A stretch of 60,062 nt of DNA, counting the filler, from Sphacelaria rigidula (lineage: Eukaryota): the NCBI GenBank assembly GCA_964200075.2. It is 6 parts of 6 records of this genome, joined end to end, with 100 filler letters (N's around TTAATTAATTAA, not from the genome) between each part and the next. Parts side by side here need not be neighbours in the genome. Positions count along the whole stretch, not along the records: positions 20,057 to 29,984 come from CAXNAA020007477.1; positions 30,085 to 40,011 come from CAXNAA020007478.1; 4 more parts are not named here. One strand, written 5' to 3'. Shown here piece after piece: positions 22,869 to 35,947 of the stretch (the stretch's first letter is position 1; the number at the start of each line of letters is the position of its first letter). The notes below the pieces were generated by a model. It saw only the letters and a program-made list of their open reading frames with translations. It was not told where the DNA came from and did no database searches. The position numbers and the translations under genes were made by a program.

Positions 22869-23090
22869 CTGAGCTCTCGTGGCGGACTCCGATAAGTCAT
22901 CCGCAGCAGGCTTCCCTGCACCGGGCACTGTCCTCAGTCCGGGTGGTTTGTCGAGAACCACAACGGAATCGTCAGAAAATATGACTGTGAGCTCGACATC
23001 AGATTCTGTTTCCTGTACTGAAGCGCTTTTGGGAACATCCACGGAGTTCTGATCCCTCGTCAACGAAGCTCCGTCCTTGCTGCTCAACAT
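22869..23090 (-). CDS. RluA-family RNA pseudouridine synthase, first exon (remainder off-contig or not found)
   Basis: ATG at 23090 to donor CAG|gtgctc at 22868, 74 codons. LTVIFSDDSVVVLDKPPGLRTVPG matches RluA motif I (xIxYEDxxxxVVNKPxGLxxxP). Confidence 0.75.
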
Positions 23091-23546
23091 GGCTCCAGGC
23101 TGCCATGTGGAGAACGGTGCCGTTTGCGGCAAAATTAGTTCGTAGCGACTATTAGGTGGAAAAATACCAAAAATATAGAGTCATTACCCATAAATCATGA
23201 CTCTATTCCTTTGTGTGCGCGAGAGTACCGCAGGCCAGACGAGACCTGGAGCTGTTGACCGTGTCAATCAAGTACAAAGTGCAAGAGAGGAGCTACGAAT
23301 CAGTTGAGCGTGGCCATCAAGGAGTCACGACCTGGCCGGAACCATTCCGTCTACCACCTCTATTCAATCAGGTGGAGGACTGCAAACTAGTCGTGTACAC
23401 CCCTTGCGTGTTTTTTTTTCAAGTCAGCTCTAGCCGAACGAGACCGAGTCAGGCCCATCTCTTTCGTCCCGGGGCTGAGCGCAACATCGCCAAGGTAATT
23501 ATAATAAGCAGGCGGGGCTTCCGAGCCCACCCCCTTGACGAGAAGA
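23091..23546. promoter_or_regulatory. Putative bidirectional promoter region
   Basis: Only 456 bp separate the divergent start codons of the pseudouridine synthase and USP genes. Confidence 0.45.
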
Positions 23547-26500
23547 ATGTCCAAGCAAACTACTGCTGCTCTTGGGGTGACGTTGTGCGTGGTCGGGGTG
23601 TTCTACCATGAGAAAAATCGGAGGAAGGAAGGCGGTGCGTCCACGGCAGCAGGGCCAAGCAGGAAAATACAGGCTAAACGCGGACACGGGGCGGGGGGGC
23701 AGTTCAACAGAGTTGGAATGAGGTCGGGAGGGGCACGAAAGGAGGTCAGGGGGCTGCGGAACCTGGATAACACGTGCTTCGTGAACGTTGTGCTGCAGTC
23801 GCTTGCAAGCATTCCGCCGTTCGTGGAGTACCTAAAGGTGGGGAATAGAAGGGGGGCAAAGCTTGGCTAGCTTGCTCGGGGCGGGGCGTTCTCCGTCAAG
23901 TGCCATACCTGTAGTGAGGCAGTTGTATTTTCTTTTCAGGCAATTTCAGTGTTCTTTGATTTCGAGTTCATTTGATCCCACCAACAACGACCCAGATTGG
24001 ATTTGTTTTGGGTTAACACAGCTGGCTCTCAGGCTTCGACTACATTAGATGAGCTATCCGCACTTCCACGCCTGTGTCAACGCAAGCGATTCAGATGTGT
24101 TGGCTTCTGCGGCCGGCTTCTCAGCCTAGTATTTATCCGGGACATAATTCGTAGTCCATACGATTTTGACCGTGACCCATCGTGATGTCACATTCCTCTG
24201 AGAGAACATCGTTCAGACCTTGGAGCAGACGTTCATCGAAGCGCCGACACATCACGTCATCACGTCGCATGCTGTGCTGGCACCGTTTTCTCAACCGAAG
24301 AAACTCCAGTTTGAATCGGCTCGCGTTCTCTGTTTCTAGCGAAATAATGGCACTTATTACGGTCAGCTTCCGACAATTTCACACCGACATTAGGACCTGT
24401 TGTTTCGACCGTCGGTATGTCGGTACAGTTACAAATTTCCAGAACTCGTTTCCAGCTCGGCGTGTTCAGTTACACCACCTCACGGTGCTGTTGCTGTCGT
24501 TCTCCACTGAACTGTATATACTGTACTACAGTTGTTTGACGGTGCGGTACAGTTAGAGAGGACGACCGCGCTGTAACAGTAGAGATGAAGAACTATGATG
24601 TGCGTACCAACGTCGCCGTTGCTCGATAATTACATGACCTCCCCCTCCTCGTCCCCGACAGGATCAAGTCGAATCATCTGATGCTTGCATTCTCCGGACG
24701 CCGACACCATTCACGTCGGAGTTACTACGTATAGTCATGGACCTGCTACCTGCATCTCCGCCTCTGTCTGTCTTGAATCCCAAGACACTGTGGGGTCTCT
24801 TGAGAGACAAGGTGGATCATTTCAAGGGATCCGATCAACAGGTTAGTGCCACGTAAAACACTGAGTGATGAATGAACTAAGGACTTTGATTCAAGCTGCG
24901 ATCAACAGGAGTTTGGCGGCGGCGCGCGGGGGGGGGGGAGGTGGTCTGGTGGCGGGGGAGGGGGAGGGGGGGCAGTCCTAAACATAGCACCCATGTTGTA
25001 AACCAACGCTAGAGGAGCGGGCTATTCATGAAACAAGTCTACTTTGTTTTGAATACCTCGCCGTCACTGACCTGCGGTTGTCGCCCTCCCCCGCTGCTGA
25101 GTGAGCGAGAGAGTGAACGAAGTGTTGCTCTAGACTTGCGGAAGACCAACTCACGGCAGTGTTCCACGTTAATGTACTTGGGTCAGGTGGATATCCGGCT
25201 GTCATGAAGTGGCATCTAGCGGTTACGATTGCTGTGATGTCTCGTGTGGGTGTGTACCCTACGTCTTGGGCACAAAACCGCCTTCGGTTATGCATGTTAA
25301 CAATCATGATGGTTCTGGGGGTTTCAATTACCCACGGCGTTCGTTATCTTCCTTCAAAAGCCGTGCGGAATGCTATCTGTGCAGCATCCCAGCCCCCTCA
25401 TACTCGCTACTGCTGTGGCCGACGCCCTATGCAATATGGCAAGGTGAGGGCCGATTGAGTTGGTGACGTCGAGCTTTGTGACGTGCGCATGATGCAGCCC
25501 CTCGTTGTGACGAGCAAGAGTGTAACAGTGTCATATAAACTCTCTTCCGCGTTACATTTACAGGACGCCCAAGAGTTGCTTCAGATGGTGATGAGCCTGC
25601 TCAGCGAGGAGGCTGGGTCTGTCAAAAACGAATTTGCAGACACAAGAAGCAGCGACGAACGAGCAGGACTTCAGTGTCTGGCCGAGGTATGCAACACGAG
25701 TTCATATACATCTCTTGTACTATTCTCACCCGGTCCACTGCGTTTCTGGAATTCAGCGGCCATCGCCCCACGTTTCGGACCTCTTCACTAATATCAACTT
25801 GCCGTTGCAGTTCCTGTAGAAGAAACTATTGTATCGACCGCAGTGTAGTGTAGTGCGTACCCATTAGAACATGCGCGCACTGGAAACGGTGGCCGGGTTG
25901 GCGTGCTGCTTGCCGTGAAGCCCCCTAACGAAAAAATGGGTAGGTGATGGGATTTGCATGAAGTCATGGTGGACCTTTGGCGAGAAGCTTGTGAGTGTCG
26001 CGTTGGTGGAAATTTAAAATGATTTTTGAGACGGCGCAGTAGTGAAGAATACCTGCAGCGGCTGCAGGGCACAAATGCGGTAGGTGATGAAGTAACGGGA
26101 AGCTGTGTACTTGACATAACGTGGCGCATTTCCTACGGTGAGAGAAATCTACAGTTGCTCACCGGAGAAATAGTGATTGATTATGAGTTGATGATGATTC
26201 GCTTTTCCGTGGTGAGGCTTCGAGTAGCAAGAAAGCTTCGAAGTCGAACAAAGGTGTCAAGCCTGATACCATCAACTACTACAAGCTGACTGCTATGAAC
26301 ACCTCAACACAGACTCCAACGATCTGTTACTACACGCTATCTGTCTTGGTCCGCATCTTGTGCTCCCCTTCACCATTCGCTCACATGAGGAAACATCAAC
26401 ATCCGTACGAGGTCGGGGGTGAACACAACAGGGCGTTATAATATGTAGCGACTTTCATTGCGTTGTATACGGCGAAGCCCTCCTTTGGATGGCTTAAGCC

Positions 26501-28512
26501 TGATTTGCTCGCGATATTTGTCGTGGAGATAGACAGGGCTCTCACTGATCTTATGAGGACGCGAATCGTCGGCACCTTGCATCCGTTGTTGGAAAATGAA
26601 CCCGGAACGCGGGCTCTCTCGTTGTTGCATGTTGCTCCTCTCCGTTGGCGATGCTTGGCACTACTTCCCCCTAGCTTCACGACGAAAGCGTGGGTACGCA
26701 GCGCCCGGCTGATAGCCGAAGATCAAATCCTCTGCGTGGACTGCAGTCGTCGCTGACGAGCTGCAACAAGTGCACCAACACATCTCATCGCGTCGAACCG
26801 TTTGTGGATTTGTCCCTCACGCTGCCGGAGGCAAGAGATGAAGAGGTGAGGGACATGTCATAATCCACACGGACCCCCTCGGACGTGAGGATGATTTGGC
26901 ACTTACAAACTTGACACTTTTTCAAGGGGAACAATCGTATTTCTCACACGTTTCGTGGATGGTCATGTAGCTGGAGGGCGGGTGGATCACTTCTAGGCTG
27001 GAAAATGGCGAATATCTGCGGGCTTCGGCACGACAGCTTACTTCACCCGTTTTGTGTTTTCGCGCTTTCGTCCCTTAACGCTGTGTGTTGACAGAACCGG
27101 ACCCCCGTCCACTTGAACGAGCTTCTGAAAGACTACACCGAAACGCAGGTCATCGAACAAGTCGAGTGTGACATGTAAGGCAAAATCCTAGACGTGAATA
27201 TTTTTTGACTGCACCAACCTCGGGTTTCAGAAGGCGACGTAGCATGGTTTGAGTATGGCCCCCGCAATTAGCGGCTATCAACGTTCATTTATTACTGTGC
27301 AGTGTCGATAACGCCATTCACCTCTCATGGAGGTTGTCGAATCTATGATTGTGCAGGCTGAATAGAGAAAAGATGGCATAACCTCTGATATGGTGCGCTT
27401 CCTTCTAGTGAGCTTTGGGCGGAATTGCATTGTTGCCGGTAGGCAAATCATCTCAAACGTTCACACGCCTCACTTTCCAAACAGATGTAAAGGGAAACGA
27501 GCTGCAAGAAGGACCATGCTGGTCAGCCGGGCACCCGAGACGTTGTGTCTTCACTTCCCCCGTCGGCATCTAAGGTGATAACTACTGCATGACTTGCCCG
27601 CGACTTGGGGGGTATCATGGGGGCTAAGCTTTTGTCTAATGTAGTACTGCATTTGGCAGAAGTCATAGATGTCTCTTTTCCACGTGTCGTGCTGTTGTGG
27701 CTTGATAGCGTGGGGCGTTGACATAATCTAGAGCGCGTGTCTAAACGAACATTTTCCGAACCCTTTCCACCCCATCATGATGCCGTGCGAATTTCTGTCG
27801 CTCTCTTGTTATCTGCACTTCTCTCCCTTTGGTGTCGTCTTGAAGCCCCAGAGGCTTCTTGAAGCTCCGGCAGCATGTGAAGTTCCCCCTTCACCTCGAT
27901 TTAGCTCCTTTCTGCACCGGGACAGGGCATCACACCGATGTCGTCGCGGTTGGACCGTCTCAGACTGAAGGTGCGACACGGACAGCGACAGTACCATCAC
28001 CGTCGCTATCAACAACGCCCAAGGCATCGCCGTCTTTGTCAAATCCTGGTCTCCCCTCGACCCCAACGACAAACGGCGGGAAACACGCTCTCGTCGGCGG
28101 CGGCGGCAGCGTCGAAACTACCAAGCCCGGTGCGATATCAGGTCGTACGGTCACGAATGGAAGCGGGGAGATGGTTGGCTGCTCTACGGGACTAGGCGTC
28201 AACATGAACGGAAGTAGCAGAGGAGGTTGCCGTGGTGCCCCGGATGAGAGGTTGGGGAGTACGGGTGCAAAGTACTGGTATGACCTTAGGGCTGTCATCG
28301 TGCACCATGGGGGTGCCGAAGGGGGACACTACACGGCGTTCCGCAATCTCGCGGCACCTAATGATGTAACTGGGGGCGTGATGGAAATTACGCAAAACAG
28401 ACTCTTGCGCCCAGATCCGTGGGTAAGCTTGTCAGATGAGACGGTCAAAACAGTAGACGTGGAAGAGGTCCAGGCAAGTCAAGCGTACATGCTGTTCTAC
28501 GGTAAAAGATGA
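23547..28512 (+). CDS. USP30: Ubiquitin-specific protease (USP/C19), USP30-like, complete 7-exon gene
   Basis: Exons 23547-23837, 24662-24841, 25564-25686, 26675-26845, 27095-27174, 27485-27574 and 27852-28512, phase-consistent GT-AG. N-terminal hydrophobic segment, Cys box GLRNLDNTCFVNVVLQSL, QQDAQELL, CxxC zinc pairs, FVDLSL, His box HHGGAEGGHYTAF, WVSLSDE and AYMLFY. Confidence 0.9.
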
Positions 28513-29496
28513 CAGGCGTAGCGTAGGGATGGACGTGCGGACGCGCGGGCTAGTTCGGTTTAGGTTAGCGTGTAGTATTTTTGGTTTCATGTAGTCACTT
28601 ATTTTAGTAACCACGCGATGCGGTTCAACAGCCGGAGAGCTTTTTTGATCCAATCTATCAATCTTTCAAAAGAGGACTAATCGATCGAAACCGTGGTTGC
28701 TGGTTGACGTCATCGACAAGAACGATTCGCGGTGTTGTGAGCTCTAAGGCGGGCTATGAATTACTCGAGCAGAAGCCTGGCTACTCGTTGCTTCTTCTTG
28801 GTCGGATACACAACGTGAACGCATCCTTGGCACTCGAACAGCGTGCGCCACTCTCAGTCGACGGATGTATTGAATTGAACTAAGCTACATTTTTCGTAGT
28901 TTGTATTATACAGTGCAAAGTTATAGCGAGAATACTTCACACCCTGCACAACTGCAACTTATCCGCAGTTGCCTGCGAAAACGACGGAATGTCTGGTGGG
29001 AATGTGCAGCTAGCTCATCGATATTTTCACGTTTGGGTACTTGGAATAATCCTACCACGTGCCCAAGACTCGAGTAGATTTTTGGGATCGTGTTCAAAAT
29101 AGCCAAATTTTGGGTAAGAGTATTGTAGTCTTCACGTCTACCTAATTGGATAGACGTTGTAGATGGGACCATCGCTACTCGCAACTCCAGGATGGTACCG
29201 TGTTGCTTACCCAACAAACACTTGAAGAATTCCCGTGACTGCACGTGAAAAATACTCGGCCGAAAACTTCTCGCAACTATTATACTAATATACCTGTCTC
29301 GAGAAGTACGGGTGAATCGCGTGCACAACTTGCTGTGTGGATAGCTGCTACTGGCTGAAAAACCTGTCAAACACTGCAATGGGAACCTCTGCAACATTAC
29401 AAATAGTCGCATGTACGAGCTGGGCCGCCAGTAAACCCAACATTCTCTGTCCGCACTCCTGACATGCACATGCAAGAGCACACTAGTCGTGCTGCA

Positions 29497-29720
29497 AGAT
29501 GGCATCAAGCTCGTCATAAGTTCCATAATGGGAGAGAACTTATGACGAGCTTGATGCCATCTNNNNNNNNNNCCAGAAAAACTGAAAAAATACAAAACTA
29601 CGAATTCTGAAAACTTCCGAGCCAACTGTCGTATAATCACCGCACGAGGGAGAAGTACCTTAGTAGTCAGCATCAGAAGTTTTCAGAATTCGTAGTTTTG
29701 TATTTTTTCAGTTTTTCTGG
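29497..29720. repeat. Two perfect palindromes flanking a 10-N gap
   Basis: 27-bp arms at 29497-29523 and 29536-29562; 45-bp arms at 29573-29617 and 29676-29720. Confidence 0.9.
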
Positions 29721-29984
29721 AGTACTTTTCTTAATTTCTACCTTGAAGTGCTAACGCCGGTAGATTTGGGGAGAAACCGTAGGCGCTCGAGCTGCAGTGC
29801 TCAAGTTAGTTTTTTCAGGGCGATACAGATTTGATACCACGTTTATCAGGAGGGTGTTATTGACCGTCTTTGGTCCAATACAAGCAGTTTTCCCGCTCTT
29901 CAACGACGAAACGGTAAATATTCCACGGTTAAGACAAATAATGATTCGTCAGGAAATTACTTGGTTTTAGTATAATAAGTTGAC

Positions 29985-30084
29985 NNNNNNNNNNNNNNNN
30001 NNNNNNNNNNNNNNNNNNNNNNNNNNNNTTAATTAATTAANNNNNNNNNNNNNNNNNNNNNNNNNNNNNNNNNNNNNNNNNNNN
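29985..30084. other. Artificial contig linker
   Basis: N44-TTAATTAATTAA-N44. Confidence 0.98.
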
Positions 30085-30086
30085 TA

Positions 30087-30432
30087 CGGTTTTTTTTTGG
30101 ATGAGAAAATATGTTTGAAATTCGCAGCTCGTGCTTGAACCATGCCGCCGAACGGCTGCAAAAAAAGTAGTCGGCCCAAAAATGGCCGTTTTTTGCCCCT
30201 TTCCGAGGGGGAAAAAGTGTCGATTTTTTTTTTTAATCGCCCCCGCCTTCACTGCAGTTGCTGCCAGAAAGTCCCACGCGATTAAAAAAAAAATCGACAC
30301 TTTTTTTCTCCTTGGAGAAGGGCGAAAAACGGCCATTTTGGGGCCGACTACTTTTTTTGCGGCCATTCGGCGGCATGGTTCAAGCACGAGCTGAGAATTT
30401 CAAAAACATTTTCTTATCCCAACAAACACCGT
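30087..30432. mobile_element. Long imperfect inverted repeat (foldback/MITE-like), ~155-bp arms
   Basis: 30087-30240 is the diverged reverse complement of 30278-30432, for example cagctcgtgcttgaaccatgccgccgaa versus ttcggcggcatggttcaagcacgagctg. Confidence 0.8.
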
Positions 30433-30520
30433 TTGAATTGGATAAAGTATGGAAAAAAATCGGACACAAGTGTACTGGTTTGTGAATCAAGCGGCCAGAC
30501 ATTTACGCCAGTAATAATAT

Positions 30521-30543
30521 TGATGATGATGATGGTGATGGTG

Positions 30544-30624
<81 letters not shown>
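30521..30624 (+). repeat. (ATG/GAT)n trinucleotide microsatellite
   Basis: About 35 units with a few GTG variants. Confidence 0.97.
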
Positions 30625-32547
30625 CATACCACAAAAGTCGAAGTTTTTCTCAAGTTTCACCATTTCTCCCGAGAAAATGCAAGTCTGGCCAAAGAAAACA
30701 TCGCCACGGTCACGGTCACCAGATGACGCCAAGGTGCCCTGGAACCATCTCAAAGAGTACAGCAAACCTACGAGATGTCAAACTTTGCCTCGTTCTCCGG
30801 GCGTAGAACGACGCAGAAGGACCAAAAAGGCAGTCTGCGTGAGATTTGTCCGGTACCATGAGAAGTGGCCTGGGATACTTCTTTCTGAAATTTCATTTGA
30901 AACCATTTTCAGGGAGTATTTCCCCCTCGGCTCGAAACCGCTCCCCAGGAAAGCAAGAAGAGGCTTGAGCGGACACAAGAGCACAAGGCAGCTCTCTTCA
31001 ACTCGAGAAAGTTCCGTCGTCGCTTGCGTTTCTCCTAGACGGGTACACTTGCCGTTAGACTACATGTTTGTCATGGCTAGATCGTGAGTTGAGGCGACGC
31101 CCTCCGTATTCGGAGGCTGCAGGCACCTCCTAATCGCTGAAAGAGAGGGATGTACGAGCTCTTTCTTCAACTCCTTTGAAAGGGCACTCTCAAAACCTGC
31201 AAAATGCTGTCATTATCCGGTTTATTCTGCTGGGCGCGGAACGCACTGTGAACAGGAAGCCGTACGCCCCAGCATTCGGATGCCAAGAACACCACGCAAA
31301 TAACTTGGCATGATCCGCAGACGTCGCCGAGGAACAGTAGGGGCGGGAGTCCGCCCCTCGCACGAGCCTCGCGCCCAACCCGCCATCTTCAATCAAACTA
31401 AACGACGAAATGGAAAGAAGCCGGAGAAATGTCGGAGGAGAGGTCTGAATCGGAATAACTTGTCTCGCTACGTGCGTGTGTCGATTCGATGTTATGCATC
31501 CTGAACACTTGTCATGAAAAAAGCGCTGCCGTTCGATTGTTCAGCCGCAGAGGGCGTCCAAGCTGAAGAGCGTGGCGTGCAATCCTACATGCGACACCAT
31601 CGTGACTGTATCTTGTTCTTATTTTTATTACTTGTATCGAGTCTGTCGGGACCTCAGTGTTGGCTGTCCCGTCTGTACAGCATGTGTCTGCTGCGACAAA
31701 ACCTTGACTTGTTGATTAAGAGACCATAGCAAGTCACCCGCCGCGTGGATCAGATGTTGCGTTTTCATCCATTTCACTTGATGAATGAGTGCAAGTCCGA
31801 GATGCCCCACTCTTCCCATCGAATGCTTACTTGATTTTGTTGCCGGCAGGGAGGGGTCACCCTCCGCAGACATTTGGTGTAATATGATTCTGGGTGAAAC
31901 TCATAGAGGAAGGGAAGGAACACGGAGGGGGGCGGGGGCCGGGGGTGAGGGGGAAGGGGGGACGGGGGGGGGGCAAGATAACACAACAATGTCATGAACA
32001 GTACAGCATTGTACAGTGTTGGGCTCGCAAAATGGCGCGGGCTACATCTGCACATCGCTAACACAACGTGGGCTGATACCTCCGTTTTCAAGAAAGTACT
32101 TGTAACCCTTTGACCGCCAGGTTGGGCAGCCTGGGTCTCACGTTTATTGTTTACGTGAAAATGATGCTGATTCGGGATATGACACAGACAGACAGAAGAC
32201 CAAGACGCTCCGCTACGAGGGCTGTCTGAACGTGAGGGATGTCACAATACCACTTTGTAGAATGCCTATATTGATTTTGAGATAACGCTAACCCTGACCC
32301 GAACCCTGAACCTACCGCACTCAAGTCGCACGATAACCCTCGGACAAGGAGGCTGAAGAGTATTCCATAGGCACAGTGTGGCGTTCGTCGACCTCAAATA
32401 CATCAAATCGGCGCCGATCTAGACAAAAAACACATTTTACGCACGGTAGGAGCACTTGGGACTGTTCGCCCCACTGAAGACCCGAATTTCGGTGTTCACA
32501 CTTAAATGAAGTAAAATCATTCCTCAGTCATTTTACTGAGTGGTCTC

Positions 32548-33400
32548 TACTGACTTGACATTAAAATTGGCCGCAACATAGTGCGGAGGGCACATTTTTT
32601 TCGCGCAGGAGTTGTTGCGATAGAAACACATGGTTGCAAAGACAAGGCACAATCGTATCAAAGCTACCCGCGCGTCGGTGTACTCTGCGTCTCTGTGCAG
32701 CAAGGAGAGCTGCAGCCTCGTCGTGGACAAGTCATGCACGTGGAGGCACATAAATTGAAGAAAATTAATACTGTCAAACTACTTGTGTGTTTTTAAAGCA
32801 TCCACAGACCACGAAACCCTTAGACTCTCCGATCAACGGGTTCTCTGAACTTGGGGACATTACAGTTGGCCGCAAGATTGTGCGGGACGCACACTTTTTT
32901 TTTTCGGCGCAGGCATTTTCAAACGATTTCAAACGATAGGAACACGTGGTGGCACAGGCATGGTACACTCGTATTACAGCAGCCCGCGCGTCTGTGTCCT
33001 CTGCGTCTCCATGCAGCAAGAAGAGCTGCAGCCTCGTCGTGGACAAGTCATGCAGCAAGAGACATACTGAAAAAATGAAACCAGTCGAATTGCTTCTGTG
33101 TTTTTGAAAGCATCCACATGCCACACAACTCCAAGACTCCGATACACGGGCTGACTGAACTTGGGGACATTACAAATGGTGGTGCTGGAAGACCATTTTT
33201 TGGGTGGCGCAGGGATTGTTTAAACGATAAACACGCATTTGCACAGGCAGGGCACATCTCGACCACGGCACGCCACGCATCGATGTCCTCTGCGTCCTGT
33301 GCAGGAAAGAAGCGATGCACTACCCTCGTAGAAAGAATAAAAAAAAAGTAAGCACCTTTTCTTACTCGTACAAACTCCACACGCCACCCAAGTCACCACT
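32548..33400 (+). repeat. Diverged ~300-bp tandem repeat, about 3 units
   Basis: Recurring blocks such as gaacttggggacattaca, ttttt..gcgcagg, tcctctgcgtc, gagctgcagcctcgtcgtggacaagtcatgca and aagcatccaca, with unit starts at ~32548, ~32847 and ~33157. Confidence 0.75.
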
Positions 33401-34719
33401 TGACGACTTTTACCGCTTCGAGGTCCACATCTGTAATCGGCACCATTTTTACATGAAAAACAGTGAGAATGATGCCGATTCAACGAATGAAATCCTTAGT
33501 ACGCTCTTCCGGGGGAAAAAACTATCTTCGCTTGAAAGAGCCTATGGAGAAAAGGCACTCAAAAGGCCTTTTGCGCTTCGGTAAAATCTTACGCAATCCC
33601 CTCACGACCGACCGGACGAATCCCCCGTTTCTGACTGGCGAGATTGGTTTTTCCACCAGGAAGAGGCGGGACACGTTTTCTTTCTTACCCTATATGTTTT
33701 ATGAGCGATTCGCATGGCTAACTGTTTCCTCGGTCGAAGAACCCGATTTATTTATTGAGTCGTACTGGTTACCATGCTTGGACATGTATGTTCAGCTGCG
33801 TATAGGGCAACATGAGGGTACTTGAGCGTGAAATACTCGACTCGGCAGGGATGTACACATATTCACGCACGGTAATGTCAGACCGAGCAGAAAGCCAAGC
33901 TCTCATAACGATAGTGGGCGTCTGCCAGACTATTTTGGCTATGTAAGATCGCCGATATCGAATGAAAATCAGGCTTGCAGTTGTTTGGAAGAGTGCCGTG
34001 TGTTGAATTACGTCATCACTTGTCACAAGCCCCCTCTCCCCCCAAGTCCACCATATTTGTTATCTATGCTTTGCGATTTTATGTACTATACAAGCCGTCC
34101 GGGACTGGGGCTTCGCCCCGGTCCCGTCCGTAGTGTTCGAGAGTCTCGGTATTCTTGCCTTGCCAAGCCTCTCTCGCAACTTTCATCTTGCATATAGAAG
34201 AAAACACACGAAAATTCCTCCAGGACTGCGGGTATGAATGGTGAGCAAAAGTGATGGTTTGAAAGTCATGTGCATAACCGACATAATCTCAACTTTGAAA
34301 ATTCATATGATGGAGCGAATGATGATATAACCATAGAGATAATAGTAGGCATCATCGTTATCAAGAGTAATGGTGCTACAGTAATCGATCCAGAGATGAT
34401 GATGAGCATGTTTCCCATAAGTGAGCTCTGCTGCTCTGCGGATATAAACATCGAGCAAATGTTAATATCGAAAATAGTTTAGCTCACTGGAGTAGTTTTT
34501 ATCATCGAGACCGCGGGGTGTAGACTCATGGGAAGTCAGCCGTGCATGCAACATGACAGAGACTGTGTGTCTGCTGGGTTGACACATGGGCCAGCGTCTA
34601 TGACATGATGAACAAGCATCACCGTACTGTTCTCCTGCTGTCTGTAGTACGCCGTAACGAGTGTACTGCAGCTCGTCAAGATTTTGGCATAAGTACCCAC
34701 ACCCGAATAAGATCGCACA

Positions 34720-35118
34720 ACGTTACCTTGGAGCGCTGTACTGTACTACGCACTGCTTCTTGTGCGATGTTGTGAGATACTTGTTCATGGTGTGGCACAT
34801 TTTGCCACAGCTCACCGGTTCTTATGCCAATTTTGCGATTATCGAACGGGGAAGTACATCTGTGCCGCTGCGCGAAAACATCGAACATCTTTCGCAGTGC
34901 CATACCGTTTTCCCTGTATATCACTAACATTGAAGGGCACGGCTTCACGTCTGCAGCTGCCCTGCACGTGTGTTCTAAACAGACGGCCTCCCGACAAGGG
35001 GCTTTGCGTGCAGTCATCATTCTGTAACTGTGACTCAACATCACCTTTGAGTACTGTACTGCATAATGTACTGCTTCTTGCGCGATGTCGTGACACACGT
35101 GCTTGTGGTGTGCTGCAC
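34720..35118 (+). repeat. Pair of diverged ~80-bp direct repeats about 320 bp apart
   Basis: ctgtactgtactacgcactgcttcttgtgcgatgttgtgaga (~34736) versus ctgtactgcataatgtactgcttcttgcgcgatgtcgtgaca (~35054). Confidence 0.6.
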
Positions 35119-35947
35119 TAGACTGTTATGCACGTGGCAACTTTGATTCGCTTTCTGGTGTGCACACGAACAGACAGCTTCTCACGGCTTCAGTTGCGTC
35201 CCGGCTCATGCTGTATGAATAGAGCAGGTTTGGCGACGGCTGTACCCACTGCATGGCTGTACCGTGGTTCACACAGATGAGCTTGTCAAAGGGTATGGCA
35301 TGCCTACTCATGGATACCGTACCCTTTGAAGCGTCTATTACCGAGTTTGATGATTGTCGACACTGCACAGACGGCGAACCACTACTCTGAAGCACAAATG
35401 ATGATATCAATTGCTCATCCATTGTTCGTCTTCATTCGCGTTGGCACAACAGCAGTCCAGAGCAGCACATCCGTGTAACCTTTTCTGCCTGTGTTTCTGT
35501 ACTGTACTGTACTGTACTGCGACATAAGTAAATACAGCGGAACTTGCTGTTATCGCCATGGGACACGACATAGTTCTCAGTCAAATATATCTGGAGCCCA
35601 GAACTTGCTGTCATTATCTTTAATTTCGGCTGCGTGCAGCCCTCGTTCTTTATCTCTGCATTTTTCGGTCTTCGTGTCTCACGGCACGAGTGCTCGTGGT
35701 TCGCTCGTGCTGTGTTACAAAGCGTCTCTTTGAAGGAACATGCGCCCCTGTCCATTTTTTGCAACTTAAGCGCGCGAGGCTCTCATTACGAGTACATGAA
35801 ATCTCGGAAGATATCTCCATTTGGACCCCAGACTTGAGATGGACATTGGGCGAAGGCGAACAGAAGGATGTACTTGATGGCATGTCCGAGTGAAATATTG
35901 TTGGATAAACTTCGCTGAGCCGTGATAATTTTCTGAGAACCTCTACC

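Noticed and set aside
30433-30765. Poly-Met, poly-His and poly-Ile ORFs
   Set aside because: They are translations of the (ATG)n microsatellite.
35580-35668. Candidate upstream SYS1 exon (KYIWSPEL…FFISAFFG)
   Set aside because: Only vague similarity and no phase-compatible strong splice donor.
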